Shown: positions 10,841 to 20,257 of the stretch, in pieces
How positions within the stretch are numbered: position 1 is the first letter of the stretch
Layout: each line of letters opens with the position of its first letter
Assembly: GCA_038231435.1 (NCBI GenBank)
Contig: JBBRLJ010000005.1
Span: forward strand, 69,900-133,899
Source of the DNA: Planctomycetota bacterium
GTDB lineage: Bacteria; Planctomycetota; UBA11346
Length of the DNA: 64,000 nt
Direction: 5' to 3'
Notes under the pieces: generated by a model
Database searches by the model: none
Seen by the model: only the letters and a program-made list of their open reading frames with translations
Told to the model about the DNA's origin: nothing
Translations under genes and position numbers: made by a program

Positions 10841-12165
10841 TTGCCGCTCTGCTTACCGTCCTTGGAGCCGCCCTTGGAGCCGTCCCTGGAATTGTCAGCG
10901 GAGCCGTCGCCGCGTTTCGGGGCATCGCCGGCGGGATTCTCGGCGCGAGGAGCGTCTCCGTCGCGCGCCTCCTGCACCTTGGCGCCTGGGGACACCCGCA
11001 GCAGACCGTCGACGACCACGGTCTCGCCTGCGTTCAGACCCTTGGCGATCACCGTTTCGCCGCTGATCGAGCGGTCGACGGTGACCAGCCGCATCTCGGC
11101 GGTCAGGTCGGCCTTGACCACGAAGACGTAATCGCCCTTCTGGCCAGTCTGCACCGCTTGCGATGGAACGCTGATCGCGCCGTGCTGGGAACCGAGCCTG
11201 ACGACCACATCGACGAATTCTCCCGGCCACAGTACGCCGTCGGCGTTGGCGAAGACCGCGCGCAACTGAATGGTGCCGGTGGTCTGGTCGATCTGATTGT
11301 CGATGACATCGATCGTGCCGGTCCGCCGCCAATCCCCGCCACTCGCGCTCGGCCGGGCCTCGACCTCGAGTCGGCCTTGCGCCTGGTGCGAGCGCAGATC
11401 CTGGAGGTCGGATTCTGGAACCGAGAACACCACGTAGATGGGCTCCAGCCGATTGATGGTGACCAGCGCGGTTGCGCCGGCCGTCAGCAGGTTGCCTTCG
11501 TTCACCAGCAGCATGCCGGCGCGCCCCGCGAAGGGGGCGCGGATCGAACAATAGTCCAGCTGCAGCCGCGCGTTCTCGACGGCTGCCTCATCGGCGGCGA
11601 TCGCGGCCTTCCCGGTCTCGACCGCCGCCCGGTCGGCGTCCACCGAGGCGCGCGCCGCCGTCGCGGCGGTGCGCAACTGTTCGACCTGCTCCTTGGTGGT
11701 GACGCCCTGCCCCAGCAGGTCGCCGTAGCGGCGCGCCTGCAGCTCGGCATTGGCGGCTTGGGCCTCGTCGCGCGCGGCGTTCGCCTCTGCCTGGAGCTTT
11801 CCAGAGCGGCTCTTGTCGGCGTTCGCTTCCGCCTGCTTGAGCGCCTGCTCGGCAGGCCGCGGATCTACGCTGGCCAGGACCTGGCCTTGGGCGACGTCGG
11901 TTCCTTCGGTGAACGACACCTTGGTGAGGATGCCGGAGATCTGCGAACGGATCGTCACTGATGACGACGGTTGCACGGTTCCGATCCCACGCTGTTCGAT
12001 CGCCATGTCCTTGGCCTGGGCGGCGGCGGTCTTCACCGGAGCGGGTGGAGGTCCCTGCTTGGCCTTGCCATCCGCCGCGGACTGGGAGCAGCCCGCGATC
12101 AGCGCCAGGCAGGCCGCGGCCACCGCGTTGCGGGTCGGGATGGCACGGGCGATTCGCTTCGTCAT
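10837..12165 (-). CDS. RND periplasmic adaptor (MdtA-like), probable lipoprotein
   Basis: LIAGC lipobox, IRAPFAGRAG, IDNQIDQTTGTI, LWPGEFV; ATG 12165 preceded by AGGAG; 4-bp overlap with the permease. Confidence 0.92.
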   Translation of the reverse strand: MTKRIARAIPTRNAVAAACLALIAGCSQSAADGKAKQGPPPAPVKTAAAQAKDMAIEQRGIGTVQPSSSVTIRSQISGILTKVSFTEGTDVAQGQVLASVDPRPAEQALKQAEANADKSRSGKLQAEANAARDEAQAANAELQARRYGDLLGQGVTTKEQVEQLRTAATAARASVDADRAAVETGKAAIAADEAAVENARLQLDYCSIRAPFAGRAGMLLVNEGNLLTAGATALVTINRLEPIYVVFSVPESDLQDLRSHQAQGRLEVEARPSASGGDWRRTGTIDVIDNQIDQTTGTIQLRAVFANADGVLWPGEFVDVVVRLGSQHGAISVPSQAVQTGQKGDYVFVVKADLTAEMRLVTVDRSISGETVIAKGLNAGETVVVDGLLRVSPGAKVQEARDGDAPRAENPAGDAPKRGDGSADNSRDGSKGGSKDGKQSGK

Positions 12166-12287
12166 GAGACTCCTGTCAGGCTCGCGGATGCGGCGGTGGC
12201 GAAGGGCGATATGCTCATGCATTACCCGCCGCGATACATGGCTTTCGGTACGACTCCGGACGCAGTCCGGACGGCCATCCGTCCAGA

Positions 12288-12336
12288 CGATCGTGCGGTC
12301 GGCCTTGACCGCCTCCTCGGGCGAACCGCACGATCG
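12288..12336 (-). terminator. Stem-loop just downstream of the CARDB lipoprotein gene
   Basis: 12-bp perfect stem CGATCGTGCGGT/ACCGCACGATCG a few bp from the stop at 12341. Confidence 0.4.
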
Positions 12337-12340
12337 GCAT

Positions 12341-13114
12341 TCAGCCATGATGGGAGGCGAACGAGACCGGCACGGTGACGCTCTGGGTGTTGTCGCCCTC
12401 GTTCGATTCGCTGACGGTGTTGTTCGGATCGAGGATGACCGTGAAGGTGTGGCTGCCGGTCGATTCGATGAGGTTCAACGACACGCTCTGTGTCGCATTG
12501 GGTCCGAGCCCCGGAATGGTGCCGGTCTGGTAGCCGGGAATGCCATCGCGGCTGATGCTCCAATCGAAGCCGCCCACGCCGCTGCCGTCGCCCGTGGCGT
12601 TGCCGACGGTGAAGGACAGCGTGAACGTCGCTCCCGCCGCGGGGTTCGCCGGAGAGACGGCGGGTGGAACCGCGAAGTAGAGGTCGACTCCGGCTGGCGG
12701 AGGTGTCCCACCCCAGGTGATCGTCACGCCGGCAACGTTGTCGTTCTCGTCGGATTCCGCTATCGCCCCATCCGGATCGAGCACGATGTCGTAGCTGTGG
12801 GTTCCCGAAGGCTCCTGGACCTGCACGGTCTGCGGCGCGGTGGTTCCCGGGGTGATTGCCGCGGTGGTTCCGGAGAGGAAGCCGTCCACGCCATCCCTGA
12901 ACACGCGCCACGGCACGCTCACCGGGGTCGAGGAGGAATCGTTCACCGCGACGACGAACGAGATGGTGACGATCTGTCCCGAGGTCGGAGCGGGAGGAGA
13001 GTAGAGCGGCGCAGAGGCGAAGGTCAGGTCGAGGGTCGAGGCCGGCTTGGTTCCACATCCGCCGCAGAACAGCGACATCAGGGCGACGATCAGGAACGGA
13101 TGGCGGAGGTGCAT
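12341..13114 (-). CDS. Lipoprotein with two tandem CARDB-like Ig-fold domains
   Basis: Signal peptide with GGC lipobox; two repeats ending LDPDGAIAESDENDN and LDPNNTVSESNEGDN (CARDB-type D-P-x-ES-x-E-x-N motif). Confidence 0.8.
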   Translation of the reverse strand: MHLRHPFLIVALMSLFCGGCGTKPASTLDLTFASAPLYSPPAPTSGQIVTISFVVAVNDSSSTPVSVPWRVFRDGVDGFLSGTTAAITPGTTAPQTVQVQEPSGTHSYDIVLDPDGAIAESDENDNVAGVTITWGGTPPPAGVDLYFAVPPAVSPANPAAGATFTLSFTVGNATGDGSGVGGFDWSISRDGIPGYQTGTIPGLGPNATQSVSLNLIESTGSHTFTVILDPNNTVSESNEGDNTQSVTVPVSFASHHG

Positions 13115-13308
13115 GGGGTGCTCTCGAGAGGGTGGCTTCGCGACCCTAGGCATGCGAAGGTGATGGATCGATGACGGAAGGCGGACCGAGGCGCCAAACC
13201 GACAACTAAAGTTTATCGTGGGAGCCGAATGGCGGATTGCGCGCGGCCCGGTGATGCCACGGTAAGGCGGCGCCAGCGTCGGCGTCCCAACCACGGGATG
13301 TTCCACTC

Positions 13309-13605
13309 ATGAAGCGATTTCCCCTGCCTCCGCTCGCCGTGCTGATCGGACTCGGGATCCTCTCTGGTTGCGGCGATAGCCGTCCATCATCCGAGCCTCC
13401 TCCGGCCCGCGTCGAAGTGATCGAGGGTGCCCCGTCCAACCACCATGTGTGGGTGGAAGGGCATTGGGTCCGGCGCCACGGGGACTGGGAATGGGAGCCG
13501 GGCCATTGGGCGATGCGGCCGCGAGAGGGTGCGACATGGGTGCCCGGACATTACGTGCACCGCTATCACGGGACGGAGTGGGTGCCGGGGCACTGGCGAG
13601 ACTGA
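13309..13605 (+). CDS. YXWGXW/WXXGXW-repeat lipoprotein
   Basis: LSGC lipobox; WVEGHW, WEPGHW, WVPGHY, WVPGHW repeats. Confidence 0.85.
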   Translation: MKRFPLPPLAVLIGLGILSGCGDSRPSSEPPPARVEVIEGAPSNHHVWVEGHWVRRHGDWEWEPGHWAMRPREGATWVPGHYVHRYHGTEWVPGHWRD

Positions 13606-13680
13606 GCTGGCGCGCGCGCGAGCGTTGACGATTGGCATAATAATTCTACCGTCCCTGACCAAGCTCAGGAGCCGGTCACC

Positions 13681-15561
13681 ATGGGCGCGCAGCAGTGGTT
13701 CATCGAGGAAGAGGGCATCGAGGACGGCCCATTCAGCTCGACGCAGTTGCGTGAGCTGGCGCGCTCCGGGCGCGTGGTCGCGGATACGCCGGTGCGCCAT
13801 GATGGCATGTCGCGTTTCGTGCTCGCCCGCACCATCAAGGGCCTGACCGTCGGCGTCGCGCTTCCCGTCCTGCCGGTGCCGGTGGCGAGTGCCGCGAACG
13901 CGCAGCTGTTCGAGGACAATCCTTCCGCATCCGCATCCGCATCCGCATCCGCATCCGCATCCGCATCCGAGTCCGGGCCGGCACCGCTAGCGTCGGAGCG
14001 CGCGCTCGATCCCAGCGCGCCCGCGGAAAGCCTGTTCGAGAACGCTTCAACGCCGTCGCCGGCCAGGCCGGCGCACCGCGTCGCCCAGTCGCGCAGCCGC
14101 ATCAACGAGGACATCGCGGCCGCGATGATCGGTCGTCGCGCCTCCGATGTCGTTCCAGCGTCAGGGCTGCCGGTCCACCCCCCGACATGGACCGATCTCT
14201 GGCCGCTCGCCGGACTGTGCCTGGTGATGGGCTGGGTCATCGGCGGCTACGCCAGTTTCGGACGCTTGTTCCTGCCTGGCGCGGTGTTGCCCATCCTGGT
14301 GCTGGCGCTGGGCGGAGTGCCGTTCGCATTCGCCGCCATCATCCATTATCTGCGGCCACGGCGCATTCCCGTAGGCACCGCCATCGGCGTGGCCCTGTTC
14401 ACGGCGATTGTCGGCATCGTGATGCTGCTGGTGCTGCAATTCCTCGCGCAGATGGCCGCCCACAGCCATCGCATCCCGCATGGACGCGGGGCGATCATCT
14501 GGGGAATCCTCGCGGCCATCGGCACGGCGTACGACTGGATCCACAGCGACAGCGTGGTGCAGCGCTGGTTTGGTTTCGTCTTCGGCGTCGGCCTGTGCGA
14601 GGAGACCGCCAAGTTGCTGCCGCTGGTGGCGCTGGTGCTGTGGCGATCAGATCGCGCGATGAGCGTCCACGCCTTCCTCTTCATCGGCTTCGCCTCGGGA
14701 GTCGGATTCGGCGTCGGCGAGGCGCTCTACTGCTACGCGCCCTGGAGCGGCAACCCCGGGCTCGGCTCCAACATCATCCGCTGGTACAGCGCGGTGCCAT
14801 CGCATGCGATCTACACCACGGTGTGCGCCGCGTTCCTGTGGAAGCTGGCGGAGCGTCTTGAGGCGTCCGAGGGCTGGGAACGCGCGGGCGTGGTGGCCAT
14901 GGCCGCTGGCGCGATGGCGATCGTGCACGGCACCTACGACACGGTGTGCAGCATGGGCATCACCGTGTCGCTGGTCATGGAGACGTTGTCATTCGCGCTC
15001 TTGATCTGGGCGGTGCGCTGGGTCTCGGTCGACGCGGTCGAGCCGCCCGCTGCATCTCCCAGGTCTTTGGAGCCCACGCAGCAGGAGCCCGCGTCGTGGG
15101 TGGTCGCACTGACGGCGCGGCGGCCGATGTACTTCGGCCTCGGCGGCGCGGCATTGATGCTGGCGTTGGCGATGGCCTCGAGCTCGAGCCGAGCGGATGC
15201 GCTGCCCAAGATCATCCAGGCGGCCCTGCCTCCCGCGTACCGGCCCTATGTGATCGGCGTCGAGGTGAAGACCACCATCCAGGGGACATCCCTGTCGATC
15301 CCGCTTGGCGTGAGCTTCCGCTTCTCGCTCGCGGACGAAGCGGTGGTGGGCACGTTCACCAACACCGGCGATACCGCCCTCCATCATCTGGTGATCACCT
15401 GCTCGAATCCGGAGGAAGGCGACAAGGCCATCACCATCGGCGATCTCGAGCCCGGAGCCGCAGCCGTGATCGACGCGAGGCGGGGCTGGGAATTCGCCCC
15501 ACGCGAATCGGTGACCCTGAAGGCCGACGAGCACGACGCCGAGACCTTGACCTTGCCCTGA
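13681..15561 (+). CDS. GYF_2/DUF4339 domain + PrsW-family intramembrane protease + C-terminal beta domain
   Basis: N-terminal WF...GPFSSTQLRELARSGRV...TPVR (GYF_2); PrsW motifs EETAK, GFGVGE, PSHA, VHGTYD in a multi-TM core. Confidence 0.85.
   Translation: MGAQQWFIEEEGIEDGPFSSTQLRELARSGRVVADTPVRHDGMSRFVLARTIKGLTVGVALPVLPVPVASAANAQLFEDNPSASASASASASASASESGPAPLASERALDPSAPAESLFENASTPSPARPAHRVAQSRSRINEDIAAAMIGRRASDVVPASGLPVHPPTWTDLWPLAGLCLVMGWVIGGYASFGRLFLPGAVLPILVLALGGVPFAFAAIIHYLRPRRIPVGTAIGVALFTAIVGIVMLLVLQFLAQMAAHSHRIPHGRGAIIWGILAAIGTAYDWIHSDSVVQRWFGFVFGVGLCEETAKLLPLVALVLWRSDRAMSVHAFLFIGFASGVGFGVGEALYCYAPWSGNPGLGSNIIRWYSAVPSHAIYTTVCAAFLWKLAERLEASEGWERAGVVAMAAGAMAIVHGTYDTVCSMGITVSLVMETLSFALLIWAVRWVSVDAVEPPAASPRSLEPTQQEPASWVVALTARRPMYFGLGGAALMLALAMASSSSRADALPKIIQAALPPAYRPYVIGVEVKTTIQGTSLSIPLGVSFRFSLADEAVVGTFTNTGDTALHHLVITCSNPEEGDKAITIGDLEPGAAAVIDARRGWEFAPRESVTLKADEHDAETLTLP
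13924..13965 (+). repeat. (TCCGCA)7 in-frame microsatellite encoding a Ser-Ala linker
   Basis: Seven perfect hexamer copies read directly. Confidence 0.95.
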
Positions 15562-15678
15562 GCCTGATGAGCGGGATATCGATTCGGCCAAGCGCGAGGA
15601 CGAGCTCTGCCGGAGGCTGTGCGCGGTGGCGGACCACGTGCCTGAGCGATGCGCGCACAGCGCCCGCACCAGGGCTGA

Positions 15679-16209
15679 TCAGGAACGGCGACGCTTCCCC
15701 TGCTGCTTCAGTTGTGGCGCGGGCATGTTCGGGCGGAAGCCCGGTCGAACCACCGGCTGGGCGGGGCCGCCGAGCGACAGGGCCCCGCGCGCGTCGATCG
15801 CCACCGGCACCCCAGAGGCTGTGAGCGTGCAGCCACGCATCGTCCCCGCGCCGGGAAGCTCGAGCACATCGCTCTTCGCATGCACGATGGCGCCCGCGGC
15901 GCCGAAGCGTCCCACGATGCGGAGCACGCCGGCCGTGGTTTCCTCGGCGCGACCGATCACCGCGCCATCAGCGAGAACCACTTCCGAGAAGGCCGGGCCA
16001 TGCCTGACCGCGATCCCCGGCTTGGCCTGCGCCAGGACGTTCCTCGCCACCGTCGCGATGGATCGTCCCTGCTCGTCGCACAGCTCGAAATCGACGACCA
16101 GATGTCCGTCGCCCGCGCGCTGATGCAGGCGGAACACTTCCTTCTCGCCCACCAGCAACACCGGCTTGCAGTTTTCGATGGTGATGCCGCCGAGGATCAG
16201 AGTGGCCAT
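15679..16209 (-). CDS. Hypothetical protein (beta-rich)
   Basis: ATG 16209 preceded by GAGGAG; protein-like composition; no family recognised. Confidence 0.6.
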   Translation of the reverse strand: MATLILGGITIENCKPVLLVGEKEVFRLHQRAGDGHLVVDFELCDEQGRSIATVARNVLAQAKPGIAVRHGPAFSEVVLADGAVIGRAEETTAGVLRIVGRFGAAGAIVHAKSDVLELPGAGTMRGCTLTASGVPVAIDARGALSLGGPAQPVVRPGFRPNMPAPQLKQQGKRRRS

Positions 16210-16419
16210 GCGTTCTCCTCGCTCACCGTAGCCTAGTCCCCGGCCTCCGATAGTGGCGCTCCAGACTGGATCGAGATGGGCGCGCGTGAAGCGAGTCGCG
16301 CACGAGCGTCTGCCAGGCCAACCCTCCACAGCAGCTTTCCGGGTCGACGTCACGACCTCGAGGTTAGCGCATCGGCGTAGAAGCCCTGGTGCCTATCCTG
16401 CTGGCAACAGAGGTGCGAC

Positions 16420-16854
16420 ATGCTGAAATCCCTGCGGATCTTCCATATCGATGACAACCGGGGCGATCTCGAATTGATGCGCGAGGCGCTCTCCGCGCAC
16501 CACCACGTCCAGCTCGAATGCGTCGACGAGCCGGTGACGGCGATGGGGAAGATGGCCCAGCACGCGATCCATGGCACCGCGCCGTCGCTGATCCTGCTCG
16601 ACCTGAATCTGCCTGGCATCGATGGAAAGGATGTGCTGCAGCTGCTGAACGCGAACAGCGAACTGCGCAAGATCCCGGTGGTGGTGCTGACCTCATCGGA
16701 TCGCGCCCACGAGCGCGAGGCCTGCCTGCAGCTCGGGGCAAAGGCCTTCATTACCAAGCCCGACACCTTCGAGGCCCTGTGCGAGGCCGCGACCACCATG
16801 CTCGGCATGGTCGGCGGGCGCGCGCCGGCCAAGCAGGCGAAAGCCGGCGGCTGA
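16420..16854 (+). CDS. Single-domain response regulator (CheY/Rcp1-like)
   Basis: IDDN, LILLDLNLP, VVLTSS, FITKP; GAGG upstream. Confidence 0.92.
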   Translation: MLKSLRIFHIDDNRGDLELMREALSAHHHVQLECVDEPVTAMGKMAQHAIHGTAPSLILLDLNLPGIDGKDVLQLLNANSELRKIPVVVLTSSDRAHEREACLQLGAKAFITKPDTFEALCEAATTMLGMVGGRAPAKQAKAGG

Positions 16855-16866
16855 CGTCGCTGCCGC

Positions 16867-18150
16867 TCAGCCCTGGCCGGCGCAACGCGCGCACAGCGCG
16901 GTGGGGCGATCGATCGGCGCCATCAGGTCGGTGCCGCACGACGAGCATTTCACCACGTGCTGGCGCTTGATCAGCCCGCCCGTCGCACGCACCTCTTGCC
17001 GTGCCGAGTCGCCGGTTGGCGGCTGCTTCGCCTGATCCATCTCGGCCTGCTTGCGCGCGCGGATGGCGGCGATGCCGGTGAGCGGCGGACCTCCAGCGGG
17101 GATCGCCGGGGAGGGTGGATTGTGAGGCTGCTGATTCGCGGGAATGCGGGTGATTCCCGGCGGAGGAGTGCGCATCGCGGCGAGACGGCTGGTGAGCGCC
17201 GGCGGCGGGGTTCGGAATGCCTGTGTGCGTTCCGTCGACTGGCCAGGCGCGACCGGCTCGCGGTGCGGGGGCTGCCAGCCCGGGGTGCGCATCCACTCGA
17301 CGATGGCCTTGAATTCATCGAGCACGAAGGGCTTCTTGACGATGGCCAGGCAGCCGAGGCTCTCGCGCAGCTTGGGATCGCGCACTTGCGACGGAAGATC
17401 GCTGTACAGCACCAGCTGGCTCGCGCTGCGCGCGAGCATGCGCCCGGTGCGCATCGCGTCGTCGCCGACCGGACCGACGATGAGCCCTGGCGTCATGGCA
17501 TGGATGGCCAGATCGGCGGCCTCGCGCCACGAAGTCATCACCCGCACGCTCACGCCCCGTGAGTCGAGCCGTTCCGCCAGCTGCGCGCAGCAGCCGGGCT
17601 GATCCTCGAGAAAGGTGATCCACAGCGAGCTGCGTCGATCCACCGCGATCTCGTCGGTCAGCGACACGATCTTCAGGCGATCCGGAACGATGCCAGCCGG
17701 TGGGAGTTCGCCGGCCGAGGCTCCTGCGGGCGGCACCGGCTGGAGCATCCCGTTCGCCGAAGGGTGCGGCGCCGGTGCCGTGACCGGTCCGCGATTCGCT
17801 AGGCCGATGCGGGCGGGGGATTCGTTGATGAACGGGTGATGCAGCACGGCCACCAGGCCGTGCTCGGCGATCAGTGCGGCGTCGTGCTCGCGCGCCGGGC
17901 TCTGGGTGTAGAGCCCGTTGATCAGGGCAGGGTGCGCTTCGTGCACCGAGCGCACGAACTCGAGGCTCGCCGAGGTCACCGGAGCGAACATCAGGATCAG
18001 CACCGCGCCGGCGAGCTGCAGATCGGTGATCGCGGCGAAGCCGCTGGTGTAATCCGCGACGAGGGTGCACGGGCAGCCGTTCTGCTGCAGCCATTCGGCC
18101 AGCGAACGCCCACCGCCGTACCCATCGTCGATGACGATCGAAGCGAACAT
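16867..18150 (-). CDS. Protein with two degenerate receiver-like domains, Pro-rich linkers and a C-terminal Zn-ribbon
   Basis: IVIDD...LHHPF and FLEDQ...VKKPF receiver-like frames; terminal CSSC...CARC. Confidence 0.6.
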   Translation of the reverse strand: MFASIVIDDGYGGGRSLAEWLQQNGCPCTLVADYTSGFAAITDLQLAGAVLILMFAPVTSASLEFVRSVHEAHPALINGLYTQSPAREHDAALIAEHGLVAVLHHPFINESPARIGLANRGPVTAPAPHPSANGMLQPVPPAGASAGELPPAGIVPDRLKIVSLTDEIAVDRRSSLWITFLEDQPGCCAQLAERLDSRGVSVRVMTSWREAADLAIHAMTPGLIVGPVGDDAMRTGRMLARSASQLVLYSDLPSQVRDPKLRESLGCLAIVKKPFVLDEFKAIVEWMRTPGWQPPHREPVAPGQSTERTQAFRTPPPALTSRLAAMRTPPPGITRIPANQQPHNPPSPAIPAGGPPLTGIAAIRARKQAEMDQAKQPPTGDSARQEVRATGGLIKRQHVVKCSSCGTDLMAPIDRPTALCARCAGQG

Positions 18151-18341
18151 GCCCAGGCATTACAGCCTCAGTAGCAGCCCGTGGCAAGTGTATAGATGGC
18201 CGACTGTGAAGAGCTTCAGGCATCTCGGGCCCGCCTGGCCACTGTGCCAGGCTGCATGAGGGGACATTCAGGAGAACCCATGGGTCGCGCTGGCCATCTC
18301 GGCTTGCTCGTCCGCTCCATCCGGCAACTGTTCTGGCTGCC

Positions 18342-19574
18342 ATGACCACGTCCAACCAGGCAACCTCCGGCGAGACCACGGCGCCAGTCGTCCAGGGCAC
18401 GCTGGTCGCGGTGCTCGCCGCGCTCACCGTCTCGCACTTGCTCAACGACATGATGCAGTCGGTGGTGTTCGCCATCTACCCACTGCTCAAGGAATCGTTC
18501 CATCTGTCGTTCGCGCAGATCGGAACGCTCACCCTCGCCAACCAGCTCACGGCCTCGCTCCTGCAGCCGGTGGTGGGCCTGTACACCGATCGCCATCCAA
18601 TGCCGTATTCGCTCGGCATCGGCATGGCCTTCACGCTCGCCGGCCTGGTGCTGCTCGCGACCGCGACGTCGTTGTGGATGCTGCTGGTGGCGGTGGCGTC
18701 CGTCGGCGTGGGCTCGTCGGTGTTCCATCCCGAGGCCTCGCGCCTGGCCCGCGTCGCCTCGGGCGGTCGGCACGGCTTGGCGCAATCGGTGTTCCAGGTC
18801 GGCGGCAATCTCGGATCCTCGCTCGGGCCGCTGCTGGCCGCGCTGATCATCGTACCGCGCGGTCAGGGCGCGGTTGGTTGGTTCTCCGCCGCAGCCCTGG
18901 TGGCGATGGTCATCCTGTTCCGCGTCGGGTCCTGGCACCGCCGGCACCGCGCCGAGCAGGCAAAGTTGGGACCGCCCGCTGCGATCGCGGACTCGGGCCT
19001 GTCGGCGGCGCGCGTCCGTGCCAGCCTCGGGATCCTCGGGCTGCTGGTGTTCTCTAAATATTTCTACCTGGCCGGTCTCTCCAGCTATTACACGTTCTAC
19101 CTGATCGAGCGCTTCCAGGTGACGACGCGGTCCGCGCAGCTGCACCTGTTCGTGTTCCTGTTCGCCGTCGCCGCGGGCACCATCCTCGGCGGTCCGATCG
19201 GCGACCGCATCGGGCGCAAGCGCGTGATCTGGGCATCGATCCTCGGCGTAGCGCCGTTCACCCTGGCGCTGCCGTACGCGGACCTGTTCTGGACCGGCGC
19301 GCTCAGCGTGGTGATCGGCGTGATCCTGGCGTCGGCCTTCTCGGCGATCCTGGTCTATGCCCAGGAGCTGGTGCCGGGGAAGGTCGGGATGATCTCGGGC
19401 CTGTTCTTCGGCTTCGCGTTCGGAGTCGCTGGCATTGGCGCGGCGGTGCTCGGCCAGCTGGCCGACCAGACCGGCATCGAGCACGTCTACCGGGTGTGCT
19501 CGTTCCTGCCCCTGATCGGCGTGATCACGGTCTTCCTGCCCGACCTCGGCGCCGACCGGCGTAGGCCGGCGTAG
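18342..19574 (+). CDS. fsr: MFS transporter, fosmidomycin-resistance (Fsr) family
   Basis: SHLLNDMMQS, VFHPEASRLAR, GLAQSVFQVGGNLG, GGPIGDRIGRK, YAQELVPGKVG. Confidence 0.9.
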   Translation: MTTSNQATSGETTAPVVQGTLVAVLAALTVSHLLNDMMQSVVFAIYPLLKESFHLSFAQIGTLTLANQLTASLLQPVVGLYTDRHPMPYSLGIGMAFTLAGLVLLATATSLWMLLVAVASVGVGSSVFHPEASRLARVASGGRHGLAQSVFQVGGNLGSSLGPLLAALIIVPRGQGAVGWFSAAALVAMVILFRVGSWHRRHRAEQAKLGPPAAIADSGLSAARVRASLGILGLLVFSKYFYLAGLSSYYTFYLIERFQVTTRSAQLHLFVFLFAVAAGTILGGPIGDRIGRKRVIWASILGVAPFTLALPYADLFWTGALSVVIGVILASAFSAILVYAQELVPGKVGMISGLFFGFAFGVAGIGAAVLGQLADQTGIEHVYRVCSFLPLIGVITVFLPDLGADRRRPA

Positions 19575-19645
19575 ACCCACAGGGCCACGTGGCCGGTGTC
19601 CCGGCGCCGGCCTGGCACCGGAGCAAACCCTGATAGGGTCTCCCC

Positions 19646-19828
19646 ATGAGCACCAACGACCCAGCTACATGTGCGGCGGCGATCGAATTGGCGGATGCCA
19701 TCCTGGCCGAATTCAACGACTCGAGCAGCAAGCTGAAGGGATTCGGGACCGTCTCGATCGAGAAGCTCGTCGCCTACGAGAAGGTTGTCGCGAAGGCACT
19801 CAAGTCGAAGGCCAAGCGTCCGAGCTGA
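19646..19828 (+). CDS. Small hypothetical protein (60 aa)
   Basis: Fills the fsr-arsR gap; helical, Lys-rich composition. Confidence 0.45.
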   Translation: MSTNDPATCAAAIELADAILAEFNDSSSKLKGFGTVSIEKLVAYEKVVAKALKSKAKRPS

Positions 19829-19870
19829 GCGCGGGTCCACCAGCCGCGCGTCATACGACCGCTTGATAAG

Positions 19871-19895
19871 ATTTCAGGTTTCACAAAATTGAAAT
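19871..19895 (+). promoter_or_regulatory. Putative ArsR operator
   Basis: ATTTCA-N13-TGAAAT inverted repeat in an AT-rich patch abutting the arsR ATG. Confidence 0.45.
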
Positions 19896-19896
19896 T

Positions 19897-20256
19897 ATGA
19901 GCCCAGCCAAAACCGATCCGGCCTGTTGCGCTTCGCAAGCGGACTGCGGTACGAGGCCCAAGGGCAAGCGCGGCAAAGTCCTTTCAGCCTCTGCCGCGCA
20001 CGTGGCCATGTTCAAGGCGCTGGCACATGCCGGACGGCTTCGCGTGTTCTTCCATCTCGTCCAATCGGCACGGCCCCTGCCGGTGAATGAGGTGCAGGCG
20101 GCCCTGCGCATCCCCGCGCCGACGCTGTCCCACCATCTCGACCGCCTGGCTCGGGCCGGCCTGATAGCGCGACGCAAGCAGGATCGCTTCATCTACTCCG
20201 AAGTCCGGCGCGACGAGATCGTCGACCTGGTCCGGCTGCTCACGGCGTGCTGCTGA
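19897..20256 (+). CDS. arsR: ArsR/SmtB family repressor
   Basis: FKALAHAGRLRVF...PTLSHHLDRLARAGLI winged HTH; terminal CC; first gene of the ars operon. Confidence 0.9.
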   Translation: MSPAKTDPACCASQADCGTRPKGKRGKVLSASAAHVAMFKALAHAGRLRVFFHLVQSARPLPVNEVQAALRIPAPTLSHHLDRLARAGLIARRKQDRFIYSEVRRDEIVDLVRLLTACC

Positions 20257-20257
20257 T

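Noticed and set aside
7670..12165. RND pair without an outer-membrane factor
   Set aside because: TolC-like genes are commonly encoded elsewhere
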